A DNA stretch of 64,000 nt, taken from Candidatus Poribacteria bacterium. GTDB lineage: Bacteria; Poribacteria; WGA-4E; WGA-3G. Positions 1 through 10,327 of this stretch are shown one piece after another. The stretch lies in contig OZ243938.1 of NCBI GenBank assembly GCA_965214095.1, positions 3,232,001 through 3,296,000 on the forward strand, given 5' to 3'. Position numbers and translations under genes: made by a program. Positions within the stretch are counted from its first letter, which is position 1. Each line of letters starts with the position of its first letter. The notes under the pieces are model-generated. The model ran no database searches. It was given only the letters and a program-made list of their open reading frames with translations, and had not been told where the DNA came from.

Positions 1-252
1 AAGCACGTAGTATGTGCATTAAAGTTTTCACCTGACAATACCATCCTTGCAAGCGGAGATACAGGTGGCGGAATTTGCTTGTGGAAAATCCCCGATAGAA
101 CTCTTCTCTCTCAATATAAATCGTCTGGTGGATATGTAAGTGAGTTAGCATTCTCGCCTGATGGAAAAACCCTCGCAAGCACAAATGGCGCAAGCACAAT
201 AGCTAAAAACCCTGGTGGAACGATATACTTATGGGATGTGCCAACAAAATAA
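1..252 (+). CDS. 3' end of a WD40-repeat protein (partial, runs off window start)
   Basis: Frame 1 reads KHVVCALKFSPDNTILASGDTGGGICLWKIP...GGTIYLWDVPTK*, paralogous to the C-termini of 687..3017 and 3227..6526. Confidence 0.85.
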   Translation, partial: KHVVCALKFSPDNTILASGDTGGGICLWKIPDRTLLSQYKSSGGYVSELAFSPDGKTLASTNGASTIAKNPGGTIYLWDVPTK

Positions 253-374
253 CCAAAATAATCCTATAGTCATAGAATTGGCATAAGTTATTTGAGGGGT
301 GTGCATAAATATATTATGTGCCAACATTGGTAGCGTCTCTCATCTTAAGGAGAATTACGCGTTATTCCGCGTGA

Positions 375-473
375 CGGTAGGTTCGGTTTCCTAACCGAAC
401 CGGATCTTCCGCGAAAACCGTCTATCAAAGATTTTGGCGCAAACCCGGTTCGGTTAGGAAACCGAACCTACCG
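375..473. repeat. REP doublet (REPIN-like), GTAG family
   Basis: Perfect 29-bp inverted repeat CGGTAGGTTCGGTTTCCTAACCGAACCGG (375-403/445-473); each arm is GTAG plus a hairpin with a TCCT loop. Confidence 0.85.
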
Positions 474-609
474 GTCCTGGCAGGACACTAAATTGACGGC
501 CATGGTGCGGATCGGAAACCGTACCAACCGTCTTGGGGCATTTAGCATTTGTGAAAAAGACACAAGAAAAACCGAAAAATAAATAAACCTGGTAGGTAAT
601 CCTAACATA

Positions 610-637
610 TTGACAAACTGCTTCAATCTGCTAAAAT
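610..637 (+). promoter_or_regulatory. sigma70-type promoter
   Basis: TTGACA-N16-TAAAAT with TG extended -10. Confidence 0.6.
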
Positions 638-686
638 ATGTCCAGAGCATATCTCATCCGGCAACTTCCAATTTTCACCGAACCTT

Positions 687-3017
687 ATGGAGATTATTAT
701 GCAAGAAGTATCACGACTCACACCTACTGTCCTTCCAGGAAGCAAACCTATAATCCCTTGGGTGATATGTGCTGCAAGTGCGTTGTTGATTACATTGATG
801 TTTAGTATTAGCAGTAGCAGTTTTGGCAATGAAGAGAATGCCGATCAGGTATTAGGTGACCAAGGTGATTATACCCGATGGAATTTACCGATAGGAGCAA
901 AACGAAGACTCGGTAAAGGAATGTTTACCGATATGCAGCTTACACAGGATGGAAACAGATTGGCAATTGCAAGTTCTGCAGGAATCTGGCTTTATGATGT
1001 GAACACGGGACAAGAAACCGCGCTGCTTACAGAAAATGCTGATTTAATTGGGTTAGTTGCATTTTCTCCCGATGGTAAAACCCTCGCAAGTACTGGCGGG
1101 AACAACACTTGTCGAATCTGGGACGTTGAAAAACAGGAACTTCTATTAACATTTAAACTGCCAAATTATTGGATGCGTTCCATAAGATTTTTGGATGATG
1201 GGAAAACGCTTGTTGGTGAAGGATTTATTGACGACAAGTCACACACACTAACTGGAAAAAAACTAAGATGGGACATTCCGAAAGTCTGGATGTGGGACAG
1301 TAGTTCTGGCAGATTGTTAAATACTTTCACGACTAAATTGCCGAAATTTGATTTGCTAACAGATGCAAGAAGCAGTGTACCATTTGAAGGATTTTCTAAC
1401 GGTTCCCGTTCCCTATTCGCTTATGATAATAATGAGTATGAGACTATCGTAAAGGATGGAATCACAGATCAAGAGATATTCACAATCCCCCGCACTGGAC
1501 AAGAGATAAGAGAATTTGTTTTCTCCCAAGATGGCAAACAACTTGCAATTGCTTATGACAGGAGTGTACATCTCTGGGATATTGGTTTTGATTCAGGTAA
1601 TCAGAAAGCGATATTTCCAATTCACATTGCTAATTTCTCTAGAGATGCCTCTATACTCTCTTTTTCAAGGGATGGAAAGATACTTGCTGCTGCTATCGGC
1701 AAAGGTATTACTGTATGGAATGTTGAAACAAGCTCACACATTACTACATTTATGAATGCTAAAGGTGGCTTATGGGAATTTGTGTTATCTGCTGATGGGT
1801 CAACTGTTGTTACAATGGATTATCAAGGGACAGTAGATTTTTGGTCGGTTACAAATGACAGACATGAACGCACCTTGACGACTGGTTATTCAGGTGGATT
1901 CACCAGTTTGACGTTTGCTCATGATGGAAAAACTGTTGCGACCACTGCTCTTGGAAAAATCCATTTATGGAATGCTGACACTGGCACTGAAAAGTTGCAT
2001 CTACAAATACCAATGTATAGGGAAATTAAGAACAAATATTCCGAATGGCATACCCGTGGTGCCGTTGTACCTGCAGATATTAGAGGAGATATTATCAGCC
2101 TTGCTTTCTCGAAAAATAACAGCACGGTTTACACTCTCAATATATCAGGGAAAATTGGGGTTTTGGATGTTAACACTGGTAACTATCGTATTTCTAACAT
2201 TCTTGCAGACGTTGCTACCGTCAAATTTCTACCATATCATTCAAGTCCATTAACCAAAGGAGGAGCCAGAGTCCCTACACCTAGGACACCAAATATATAC
2301 CACCTCGTTGCAACATCCTACGACAGTATTTCAGTGTTTATCCGCGCAGCCGCTTTCTCGTCTAATGGAGAGTTATTAGCAACCAAAAATCAAGAAGGGT
2401 CAGTTGAGGTTTGGGATCTTACTATCCCAAGACGTATATACACACTTGCAGCGCAAAATCCAAATGTGAAAGATAATCCTGCGATTATAACTGAATTTAC
2501 AGAAGATGGAAAATTGCTTGCGATCCGTGATGGCATGGATATTCACTTGTCAGATGTCCATTCTGGTGAAACCTTAGTAAAATATAAGATACCTGAAAAG
2601 AAACCAAATATTATAGACAAATTTATGTCAATATTTGGTCCAAAAGAAGTCATTCAGAAAATTGACGCAGTAGCTTTGGCACAGGGAGGAAAAAACATCT
2701 TAGCTGCAAACGACAATAAGACAATCTATCTGTGGGATATTGTAACACATGAACGTATCTTAACAATTAGGGATCATAAACACGCAGTATGCAAGTTAGC
2801 ATTTACAAACGATGCAACAATACTTGCGAGTGGAGATGTAAGTGGGGTAATCCATCTATGGGTTATTCCAACGGGAGAGAAACTTGCTACATATAAACCG
2901 TATGCAAGTCCAATTACCCAATTAGTTTTTTCACCTGATGGAAAGACCCTTGCAACTGAGAATTTGTATTCTCACCTTTCAGGAACTATACTGCTATGGG
3001 ATGTCCCCTCCAAATAG
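687..3017 (+). CDS. Membrane-anchored WD40 beta-propeller protein; sigma-less paralog of the ECF fusions (start may be ATG 699)
   Basis: Begins with the linker/TM of the fusions (IMQEVSRLTPT..KPIIPWVICAASALLITLMF), then LPIGAKRRLGKG and many WD40 repeats; GGAG 6 nt before ATG 699. Confidence 0.85.
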   Translation: MEIIMQEVSRLTPTVLPGSKPIIPWVICAASALLITLMFSISSSSFGNEENADQVLGDQGDYTRWNLPIGAKRRLGKGMFTDMQLTQDGNRLAIASSAGIWLYDVNTGQETALLTENADLIGLVAFSPDGKTLASTGGNNTCRIWDVEKQELLLTFKLPNYWMRSIRFLDDGKTLVGEGFIDDKSHTLTGKKLRWDIPKVWMWDSSSGRLLNTFTTKLPKFDLLTDARSSVPFEGFSNGSRSLFAYDNNEYETIVKDGITDQEIFTIPRTGQEIREFVFSQDGKQLAIAYDRSVHLWDIGFDSGNQKAIFPIHIANFSRDASILSFSRDGKILAAAIGKGITVWNVETSSHITTFMNAKGGLWEFVLSADGSTVVTMDYQGTVDFWSVTNDRHERTLTTGYSGGFTSLTFAHDGKTVATTALGKIHLWNADTGTEKLHLQIPMYREIKNKYSEWHTRGAVVPADIRGDIISLAFSKNNSTVYTLNISGKIGVLDVNTGNYRISNILADVATVKFLPYHSSPLTKGGARVPTPRTPNIYHLVATSYDSISVFIRAAAFSSNGELLATKNQEGSVEVWDLTIPRRIYTLAAQNPNVKDNPAIITEFTEDGKLLAIRDGMDIHLSDVHSGETLVKYKIPEKKPNIIDKFMSIFGPKEVIQKIDAVALAQGGKNILAANDNKTIYLWDIVTHERILTIRDHKHAVCKLAFTNDATILASGDVSGVIHLWVIPTGEKLATYKPYASPITQLVFSPDGKTLATENLYSHLSGTILLWDVPSK

Positions 3018-3063
3018 GTATAGTTCTATTTCTTCTTGTAATTTCTCAAGTAATCCTTCCACA

Positions 3064-3166
3064 TTGACATTCCGTTCCAATCTGATAAAATAGTAACCCA
3101 TTCTATCGGATCATCCTGTTAGCTTTTTTCGGCAGTATGCACCCGATTTGTACCTAACCCGCGTCA
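3064..3166 (+). promoter_or_regulatory. Tandem sigma70 and ECF-type promoters
   Basis: TTGACA-N16-TAAAAT (3064-3091) and TGCACCC-N17-CGTCA (3138-3166). Confidence 0.65.
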
Positions 3167-3226
3167 TTATAAGTACAGACATAAGATTTGGATACATACT
3201 TTTTCGCACACTTTGAAAGGTGACTT

Positions 3227-6200
3227 ATGAAAGACAATGACGTTGAATTAATCCACCGCATCCTTGAAGGTGATGATTCTGCTTTCTCCACCTTAGTTGA
3301 GAAATATCAGAAGCAGGTTCACGCACTTGCATGGCGTAAAATCGGTGATTTCCATATTGCCGAAGATATAACACAGGACACCTTCCTGAAAGCATATCAG
3401 AAACTCACGACACTTAAGAACCCGCAACGATTCGCAGGATGGCTCTATGTGATTGCAACACGTTGCTGCCAAGCATGGCTACGCAAAAAACAGATACAGA
3501 CCGAATCGTTAGAAGAAATTGATAGTGATGCGTTAGAACCTGAGGCATATTCACGATATGTTTCTGAGGAGGAGACGAAAGTAACCGTTGCAGCACAACG
3601 TCAAGTCGTCAAGAAACTCCTTGCAACATTGCCTGAGAGTGAACGCACGGTGATAACATTACACTACTTTGGTGAGATGACGTGTGAAAAGATGAGCGAG
3701 TTTTTAGGTGTATCCGCGAACACAATAAAGAGCAGATTACGCCGCGCACGGAACCGTTTGAAACAAGAGGAACCGATGATCCGAGAAGCAATTACGAACT
3801 TCAAAATATCTCCAACACTTACTGAAAATATAATGCAAGAAGTATCACAGATCAAACCTACTCCCCCTTCAGCAAGCAAACCTTTAATTCCGTGGATGAT
3901 GGGTGCCGCAGGGGCAGTATTGATTGCACTGATGTTTGGTATAGGTGGCCAGTTCTTAGCACGTTTCCAAAAACCGTATAGTTTAGATGCTCAATCTGAA
4001 AGGACGGTTGAACTTGTAGATGCACAGGTTGTTCAAAACCTTCAGATAGAATCTGACAACAGAAATCAAACAGGGATGCGATCCGATTTAGGTGGTAGAA
4101 GTAATGGCGATGGAGAGAATGCGGAACAGGCTTTAGGGGACCAAATCGATTACACACGATGGAATTTGCCGATGGGGGCAAAACGGAGATTCGGAAAAGG
4201 AATATTGAACGACATGGAGCTTTCACCTGATGGCAGAACAATTGCAAGCAAAGGGTATCGTAGAACAATTTGGCTATGGGATGCGGAAACGGGTGAACAC
4301 TTGCGTACAATCAAGGTGCCAAATGCTCCAGCCACAGGTTATCAATTTTTTAAAAATGGCACTATGGAAACAACAGTTATTCCTCTTAGTCAATACAATC
4401 CTGACGATGACAGAGCTTCAATTATAGGTTTTAGCGGTTTTAATAATAAAAAAACCAAAGCTGCATACATTGTTTCCTCCGGTCCACTCAGATCAATTGA
4501 ATTCTTAGCAGACAGTAAAACTCTTATGACTCAGAATTTGGATGGTACTGTCTGGTTATGGGATATCACTTCAGGAGAACAGAAAGCATTATTTCGTCCA
4601 GAACTACCTGGATTGAAACTTGATAGTTACATAAGTTGGGTTAATCTTTATCCTGATCAATGGCGGCTGGCGGCTGATGTCTATTTTGCTCCTTCAGGTG
4701 AAGTTATTTATGCTCTCGCTGCGGGAGATAGAATTGGTACAATTTACATACAAGATGGACACACTGGTAAACTATTACGCACACTGGAGGGACAAAGTAA
4801 AATTATAAGCAAAAAAAATACCATAGGTCGAATAGGTTATGGACAAAAAACACCTATTCAAAGTCGCTTGCAAATTCCGGGAATAAAAGATGTCTTTTCA
4901 GGTAAGGAACCTCGGCGAGGCGTGGAATGGATAACAGAATTATATTTTGCGCCAGATGGCAAAACACTTGTGAGTAAAAGCCGATTCAGAAACAGTAATA
5001 GGAGTAGTTATAGTGGTGCCGTTGAACTTTGGGATGTTAAAACAGGTGAACTGCTAACAAGACATGGATTGGGCACAGATTTAAAGTTCTCAGGAGATGG
5101 AAAAGCACTCGCATTTATGAATGGGGTGGGAAGAGGGTACAAGGGATGTGTGATATGGGATCTTGCAGATCGTCGTAAAATTGCTGAATTTGCGGGTAAG
5201 GTTGACCTAAAGTTTTCAAGAGATGGGAAAACATTCACTATTATACGGAATGACAGTTTAGAGATGTGGGATATCGCGACGCGTCGCAAAATCACATCAA
5301 TGAGTACACCTCCAGAACTGTTGACAGTTCTTCCAGACCGGCATGCATTTTCAGGAGATGGTACAATCTTTGCTGCTGTAAATAGATACGGCACAGTCAA
5401 TTTATGGGAAACACAAACTGACACACAACTACGCACCCTCACTACAAACTATTCAACACCAATTACTACGATGGCATTCACACACGATGGCAAATCGCTT
5501 GTAAGTGGGAACGCTTCCGGCAACATTCAACTCTGGAATTTAAACACTGGTAAAGTAAGCAGCACACTAACATCACCTGAAAACAAGTCTATTTATGGAT
5601 TAGTTTTTGCAGAGGACAATGCCACACTCGTCAGTGGAGGCATAAGAAACTTTGATAAATGGAATATTACCACTGGAAAAAGAGTTAACACTTACACTCT
5701 ACAATGGGCAGTGGCACAAGTTTTTAGCAGTACCTCTCATTATGGTATTGGGAGTTCAGGCGATACCGTCTTTACATGGCCCACTACGATTATAGCATTG
5801 ACCCCAAAAGGCGGAAAAATCGCCAAAACTATTTGGTCTTCACATGAAAGAAAAACTGAGGAAGATGGAAGTGAGATTAAGGTATGGGATATTCCGACTA
5901 GCGAACACCTATGTACCGTAACAAATGAATCTTTTGGTCAAACGTTAGCATTCACATCCGATGGAAATATGTTCGCTACTTTGGATGAGGATATATCATA
6001 CACTGTAGATGAACATACTGGTAAGAAAGTTGGAGATTTTAATAAATGTATAGTGTACTTATGGGACACATATACTGGCAAAAAATTAGCAGCATTTGAC
6101 GTGCCGAAGGATCCAGAAAATAACTTCAATCGACCTGATATTTATGCTGGAGTTTTTACACGCGACAGCAAAACGTTTGCTGCTGCTGGGAGTTTTGGAG

Positions 6201-6526
6201 ACAATTCAATCTTTTTATGGGATATTAAAACAAAGACGCATTTCGCAACGCTCAGAGGACATGGACACGTTGTTTGCAGATTGACAGTTTCACCGGATGA
6301 TACTATTCTTGCCAGTGGGGATTCAAATGGTGAAATTCGTTTGTGGAAAATACCTTCAGGTGAACATCTCGTTACATTCCAATCGCCTGGTGGACACATT
6401 AGCAATATTACATTTGCACCTGATAGTAAGAGTTTCGCAAGCACAAATGGTCGTTCAGATGGCGTATCTTCTAATTCCAGAGAAGGTGGAACCATATTCC
6501 TATGGGATGTGCCAAATGTAAAGTAA
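3227..6526 (+). CDS. ECF sigma factor fused to TM helix and WD40 beta-propeller domain
   Basis: sigma2 (AEDITQDTFLKAYQKL..FAGWLYVIA), sigma4 (LPESERTVITLHYFGEMTCEKMSEFLGVSANTIKSRLRRAR), hydrophobic helix, WD40 repeats. Confidence 0.92.
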   Translation: MKDNDVELIHRILEGDDSAFSTLVEKYQKQVHALAWRKIGDFHIAEDITQDTFLKAYQKLTTLKNPQRFAGWLYVIATRCCQAWLRKKQIQTESLEEIDSDALEPEAYSRYVSEEETKVTVAAQRQVVKKLLATLPESERTVITLHYFGEMTCEKMSEFLGVSANTIKSRLRRARNRLKQEEPMIREAITNFKISPTLTENIMQEVSQIKPTPPSASKPLIPWMMGAAGAVLIALMFGIGGQFLARFQKPYSLDAQSERTVELVDAQVVQNLQIESDNRNQTGMRSDLGGRSNGDGENAEQALGDQIDYTRWNLPMGAKRRFGKGILNDMELSPDGRTIASKGYRRTIWLWDAETGEHLRTIKVPNAPATGYQFFKNGTMETTVIPLSQYNPDDDRASIIGFSGFNNKKTKAAYIVSSGPLRSIEFLADSKTLMTQNLDGTVWLWDITSGEQKALFRPELPGLKLDSYISWVNLYPDQWRLAADVYFAPSGEVIYALAAGDRIGTIYIQDGHTGKLLRTLEGQSKIISKKNTIGRIGYGQKTPIQSRLQIPGIKDVFSGKEPRRGVEWITELYFAPDGKTLVSKSRFRNSNRSSYSGAVELWDVKTGELLTRHGLGTDLKFSGDGKALAFMNGVGRGYKGCVIWDLADRRKIAEFAGKVDLKFSRDGKTFTIIRNDSLEMWDIATRRKITSMSTPPELLTVLPDRHAFSGDGTIFAAVNRYGTVNLWETQTDTQLRTLTTNYSTPITTMAFTHDGKSLVSGNASGNIQLWNLNTGKVSSTLTSPENKSIYGLVFAEDNATLVSGGIRNFDKWNITTGKRVNTYTLQWAVAQVFSSTSHYGIGSSGDTVFTWPTTIIALTPKGGKIAKTIWSSHERKTEEDGSEIKVWDIPTSEHLCTVTNESFGQTLAFTSDGNMFATLDEDISYTVDEHTGKKVGDFNKCIVYLWDTYTGKKLAAFDVPKDPENNFNRPDIYAGVFTRDSKTFAAAGSFGDNSIFLWDIKTKTHFATLRGHGHVVCRLTVSPDDTILASGDSNGEIRLWKIPSGEHLVTFQSPGGHISNITFAPDSKSFASTNGRSDGVSSNSREGGTIFLWDVPNVK

Positions 6527-6789
6527 AACAATCCACAAATGATTTGCATCACAATTCTTTTCTTGATGCACACTTCCAACCAATATTTCATTGAACACAA
6601 TCGCAGGAAATCAGGGTTATTTAGGTTTAAGGTTTCGCAATTATTGAGGTTAACGGACTGTTAATTCCCTTCAACGGTCTTATCACTGAATTTATTGGAT
6701 ATATTGATTCTTATCTGAACCAGGATTTTCAGGATTAGTAGATTTTCAGGATTATGAGTGTGGCACTGTATAAAAAACTTGCAGAATTA

Positions 6790-6818
6790 TGCAACCGTTT
6801 TCCTCCTTAGTCGCGTCA
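6790..6818 (+). promoter_or_regulatory. ECF-type promoter
   Basis: TGCAACC-N17-CGTCA; same architecture upstream of all 14 fusion genes. Confidence 0.7.
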
Positions 6819-6878
6819 CAAGGTTTCAAATAATACCATTTCTAAAAAAGAACATACCATTAAAGAGATAGATCGTTC

Positions 6879-6900
6879 GTAGTCGCGCAATTCATTGTGC
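6879..6900 (+). repeat. Single GTAG REP-like palindrome (second family)
   Basis: GTAGTC-GCGCAAT-TC-ATTGTGC imperfect hairpin after GTAG. Confidence 0.4.
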
Positions 6901-6981
6901 CTCGGACATTCCAACTAAATGGGAATATCATTTATAGATTTGGTATAATAAAGTTGAACCTACACTTTCTGGAGGCACCCG

Positions 6982-9912
6982 ATGAAAAATGATGATGTTG
7001 AACTAATTCAAAGTGTTCTTTCTGGCGATGAAGATGCTTTCGCTGAACTTGTGAATAAGCATAAAAAGGCTGTTCACGCACTTGCATGGCGGGTAATTGG
7101 AGACTTCCACATCGCTGAAGACATCACACAGGACACCTTCCTGATAGTGTATCAGAGACTTCACACCTTGAAAGATCCAACCCAGTTTCTTGGATGGCTC
7201 TATGTGATTGCAAGACGCCGATGCTACGCCTGGCTCCGTAAGAAACGGATACGCACACAACCGTTGGAGGACGCAGAAACAACTATGATACAAGAAGATG
7301 TATATTCACGGCATGTAATAGAAGAACGTGCTAACACTGCTGTTGATGCACAACGCGAAGTTGTCAAGAGACTTCTCGCGAAGCTAAAAGAGAGCGAACG
7401 CACGGTGATGACGCTCTACTACCTCGGTGAAATGACAGTCGAAGAGATTAGCAAGTTCTTAGGTGTTTCTGTCGGAACGATAAAAAGTCGGTTACAGCGG
7501 GCACGGAACCGTCTACAGAAGGAGGAAACACTGATTAGAGAAGCACTCGAACATTTCCAACTCTCACCGAACTTAACTGAAAACATCATGCAAGAAGTTT
7601 CACGTCTCAAACCTACGCCTACCGCCAGCAAACCCATAGTGCCGTGGGCAATTGCTGCAACAAGTGCGGTCTTAATTGTGTTGTTACTTGGTATAGGCAG
7701 TCAACACTTAGTCCGTTTTCAGCAACCTTATTCATTAGATGCACAAGCAGAGATGACGGTTGAACTCGTTGATGCTCCTATTATGTTAAATGTTGATAAG
7801 AAACCAGATGTACGACGTGAAATTGGGAATTCAAACGCACTTAATAAAAACGATAGCAACGGTCAGAAACCTGATAACGTTTTGTTAGCCGCCGCGCAGG
7901 TGGAAGGAGAAGACATGTCTAATCAAAAACAACAGTGGATTCATACAAAACCAGTTAGTGGAACTGGAGCCCTGAACCTATGCCCTACCCCTGATGGGGA
8001 TATCTATGTAATAATGAATTATCCTGCTGTCTACAAATTAGCAACAGGTAGAAACACTTGGCAACGTATCCGCATTAACATTAATACCTGGACTGGTAGA
8101 GCCTATATGTCCAAGTGGAACAATACGTTGTACTTTTTGAATAATAATGAACTCTTCACTTCAAAAGATGACGGTGAAAATTGGGATTTACTCTATTCTT
8201 GGAAAGGAGAGAAGTACAAGTTATTAAGTGAAAAATTAGTACTAACGCAACAAGCGTTTTACGTCGCTTTTGAGAATGGTGTTCTCCAGTCTCAGGACAA
8301 AGGCAAAACATGGAAAAACATAAGCGATGGGTGGATGGGAAGAATGAGAACATTAGTTGAGATCCAGAATACGATTTTCGCGGGAACTGACAATGGTTGT
8401 TCTCGTTACAGTGGTGGCGAATGGAAACGCTTGAAATTCCCAGTCACGATTGGCAGGATTATTTCAACTGCAGCAACCAACAGGAAACTCTATATTGCTG
8501 CATGGTTGGATAAGAAAGTTTCTCAAGAATTGAAACGTACTTGGGGAATATTTCGATCAACGGATCTCGGAGATTCATGGCAAGATATTACGCCTACAAA
8601 TGCTTGGAATTTAAACGCAATTCCGCCTGGTATCAGACTCATTGCTTTAGGAGAAACAGTCATAGCAATGGAACGTGGTTTGATCCGTTCAATTGACGGT
8701 GGAGATACCTGGCTGAGTCCACAAGCACATAACACATCACCTACAATGGAAAGTGGTTTGGCAGTTGCGATAGTGAAAAACGATACTATTTATATCAGTA
8801 GTGAAAACGGACTCCATTATTCCACTGATCTTGGTGAATCATGGCACAAGATGAATATCAAGCAAAAGGGAGGAAATATATATGATCTAATCGCTTTTAA
8901 AAAGGTTGATAAAAATCATAGCACACCTGCTGTTCTCTATGCAAGAATAGAATTAGCACTAGGACACGGAGATGAGATTCAAAAAACCGATGACGGCGGC
9001 AATTCTTGGAAACCCGTTCAAATAGCAATACCAATGACAGAACCTAACAGAGAAACCCCACCGCATATCACCCAAATTATTAAAGACGGTGATGTTCTTT
9101 ATGCAAAGGGTAAGGAAAATATATTTCCCAGTTATTATACACGTATTTACCGCGTATCCAGTGATGGTAGGACGCTTGTGCAGATTCAGGGTATGCCAGT
9201 TCTTAATTCGTATGAGTTAGATGAACAAGTATCCGAAGGAAGTGCTCTTGGTGCAACTCAGTTTCTTAAACTGTTTACACAACCAAAAAGTAAACTTAGA
9301 AGTGACCTTACAGAAAGAGGGTTACACGGAGCGTTTGCTGTTACGGAAGACACGTTCTACGTTGAATATAACTATAAGCTCTTCCGGTGGAAGTTTGGTG
9401 ATACAGAATTCTATGACACTGAACAGGAAGAAACCATAGAATTGACTGAGGACATAATAAAGAAAGATCTTAAACTGGCTGTTTCAGGGAATACTGTCTA
9501 TGTTGGAAAACGGGATGGCAATCTCGTTGTATCGCTTAATAGAGGTAACAATTGGGTTGATCTCACCCCTACTCTACCTTTCACAGTTAGAGCTTTCAAT
9601 GACATCGTGGTTGTCGGTAACACAGTATATGTAGCAACAGATGCAGGCGTCGCTGCATCAGATCAAGGTAATAATTGGGGTGTTGTTACTGATTTAGAGA
9701 CTACTAATCTCGTCATGGAACATTTGACTGTTGATGGCACAAAACTCTATGGCGTTACCAAAGATACTGGCATCTATCGATTGGAAAATGACACATGGAA
9801 TCAGATTGTGTCAGAGATACCAGAGAGAATAACATCTCTCGCTGTTGATGGAAATACCTTATATGTGGGAACAGATGGTCAAGGTATGCTTCACCTAAAT
9901 CTAAATAAATAA
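6982..9912 (+). CDS. ECF sigma factor - TM - Asp-box/BNR beta-propeller fusion
   Basis: sigma2/sigma4, TM PWAIAATSAVLIVLLLGIG, repeated SxDxGxxW Asp-boxes. Confidence 0.92.
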   Translation: MKNDDVELIQSVLSGDEDAFAELVNKHKKAVHALAWRVIGDFHIAEDITQDTFLIVYQRLHTLKDPTQFLGWLYVIARRRCYAWLRKKRIRTQPLEDAETTMIQEDVYSRHVIEERANTAVDAQREVVKRLLAKLKESERTVMTLYYLGEMTVEEISKFLGVSVGTIKSRLQRARNRLQKEETLIREALEHFQLSPNLTENIMQEVSRLKPTPTASKPIVPWAIAATSAVLIVLLLGIGSQHLVRFQQPYSLDAQAEMTVELVDAPIMLNVDKKPDVRREIGNSNALNKNDSNGQKPDNVLLAAAQVEGEDMSNQKQQWIHTKPVSGTGALNLCPTPDGDIYVIMNYPAVYKLATGRNTWQRIRININTWTGRAYMSKWNNTLYFLNNNELFTSKDDGENWDLLYSWKGEKYKLLSEKLVLTQQAFYVAFENGVLQSQDKGKTWKNISDGWMGRMRTLVEIQNTIFAGTDNGCSRYSGGEWKRLKFPVTIGRIISTAATNRKLYIAAWLDKKVSQELKRTWGIFRSTDLGDSWQDITPTNAWNLNAIPPGIRLIALGETVIAMERGLIRSIDGGDTWLSPQAHNTSPTMESGLAVAIVKNDTIYISSENGLHYSTDLGESWHKMNIKQKGGNIYDLIAFKKVDKNHSTPAVLYARIELALGHGDEIQKTDDGGNSWKPVQIAIPMTEPNRETPPHITQIIKDGDVLYAKGKENIFPSYYTRIYRVSSDGRTLVQIQGMPVLNSYELDEQVSEGSALGATQFLKLFTQPKSKLRSDLTERGLHGAFAVTEDTFYVEYNYKLFRWKFGDTEFYDTEQEETIELTEDIIKKDLKLAVSGNTVYVGKRDGNLVVSLNRGNNWVDLTPTLPFTVRAFNDIVVVGNTVYVATDAGVAASDQGNNWGVVTDLETTNLVMEHLTVDGTKLYGVTKDTGIYRLENDTWNQIVSEIPERITSLAVDGNTLYVGTDGQGMLHLNLNK

Positions 9913-9997
9913 GTAGATTTGCAATAAACGAATACATGCTCTTGTCGAAGTGCTTTGTAAGTGCACCATAAGCGTCAATTTAGCGTCCTTTCAGGAA

Positions 9998-10096
9998 CGG
10001 TAGGTTCGGTTTCCTAACCGAACCGGATCCTATGCGAAAACTTTATATCAACGGGATCGGCACAAATCTGGTGCGGTTAGGAAACCGCACCTACCG
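9998..10096. repeat. REP doublet (REPIN-like)
   Basis: 99-bp inverted pair CGGTAGGTTCGGTTTCCTAACCGAACC ... GGTGCGGTTAGGAAACCGCACCTACCG. Confidence 0.85.
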
Positions 10097-10175
10097 TCTT
10101 GGGAAATTCAGCATTTGCAAAAGAAAGGACAAGAAAAACCGAAAACTAAATAGTCCTGCTACGACTAACTCATCC

Positions 10176-10279
10176 TTGACAAACCCACCTGATTTGGTAG
10201 AATAGTATCTCACTGTTTCCGACCAACCCATCTGCAAACCTGCAGAATTTGGCAACCTTTTTACATATATCCTGCGTCA
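10176..10279 (+). promoter_or_regulatory. Tandem sigma70 and ECF-type promoters
   Basis: TTGACA-N16-TAGAAT (10176-10203) and GGCAACC-N17-CGTCA (10251-10279). Confidence 0.7.
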
Positions 10280-10327
10280 CTATAGTATGATGTGTGATGA
10301 ATCAACTTTCACTAATGGAGTCACCAG

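Noticed and set aside
6715-6755. Short CAGGATT(TT) repeats
   Set aside because: Too short and degenerate to assign a function from this window.
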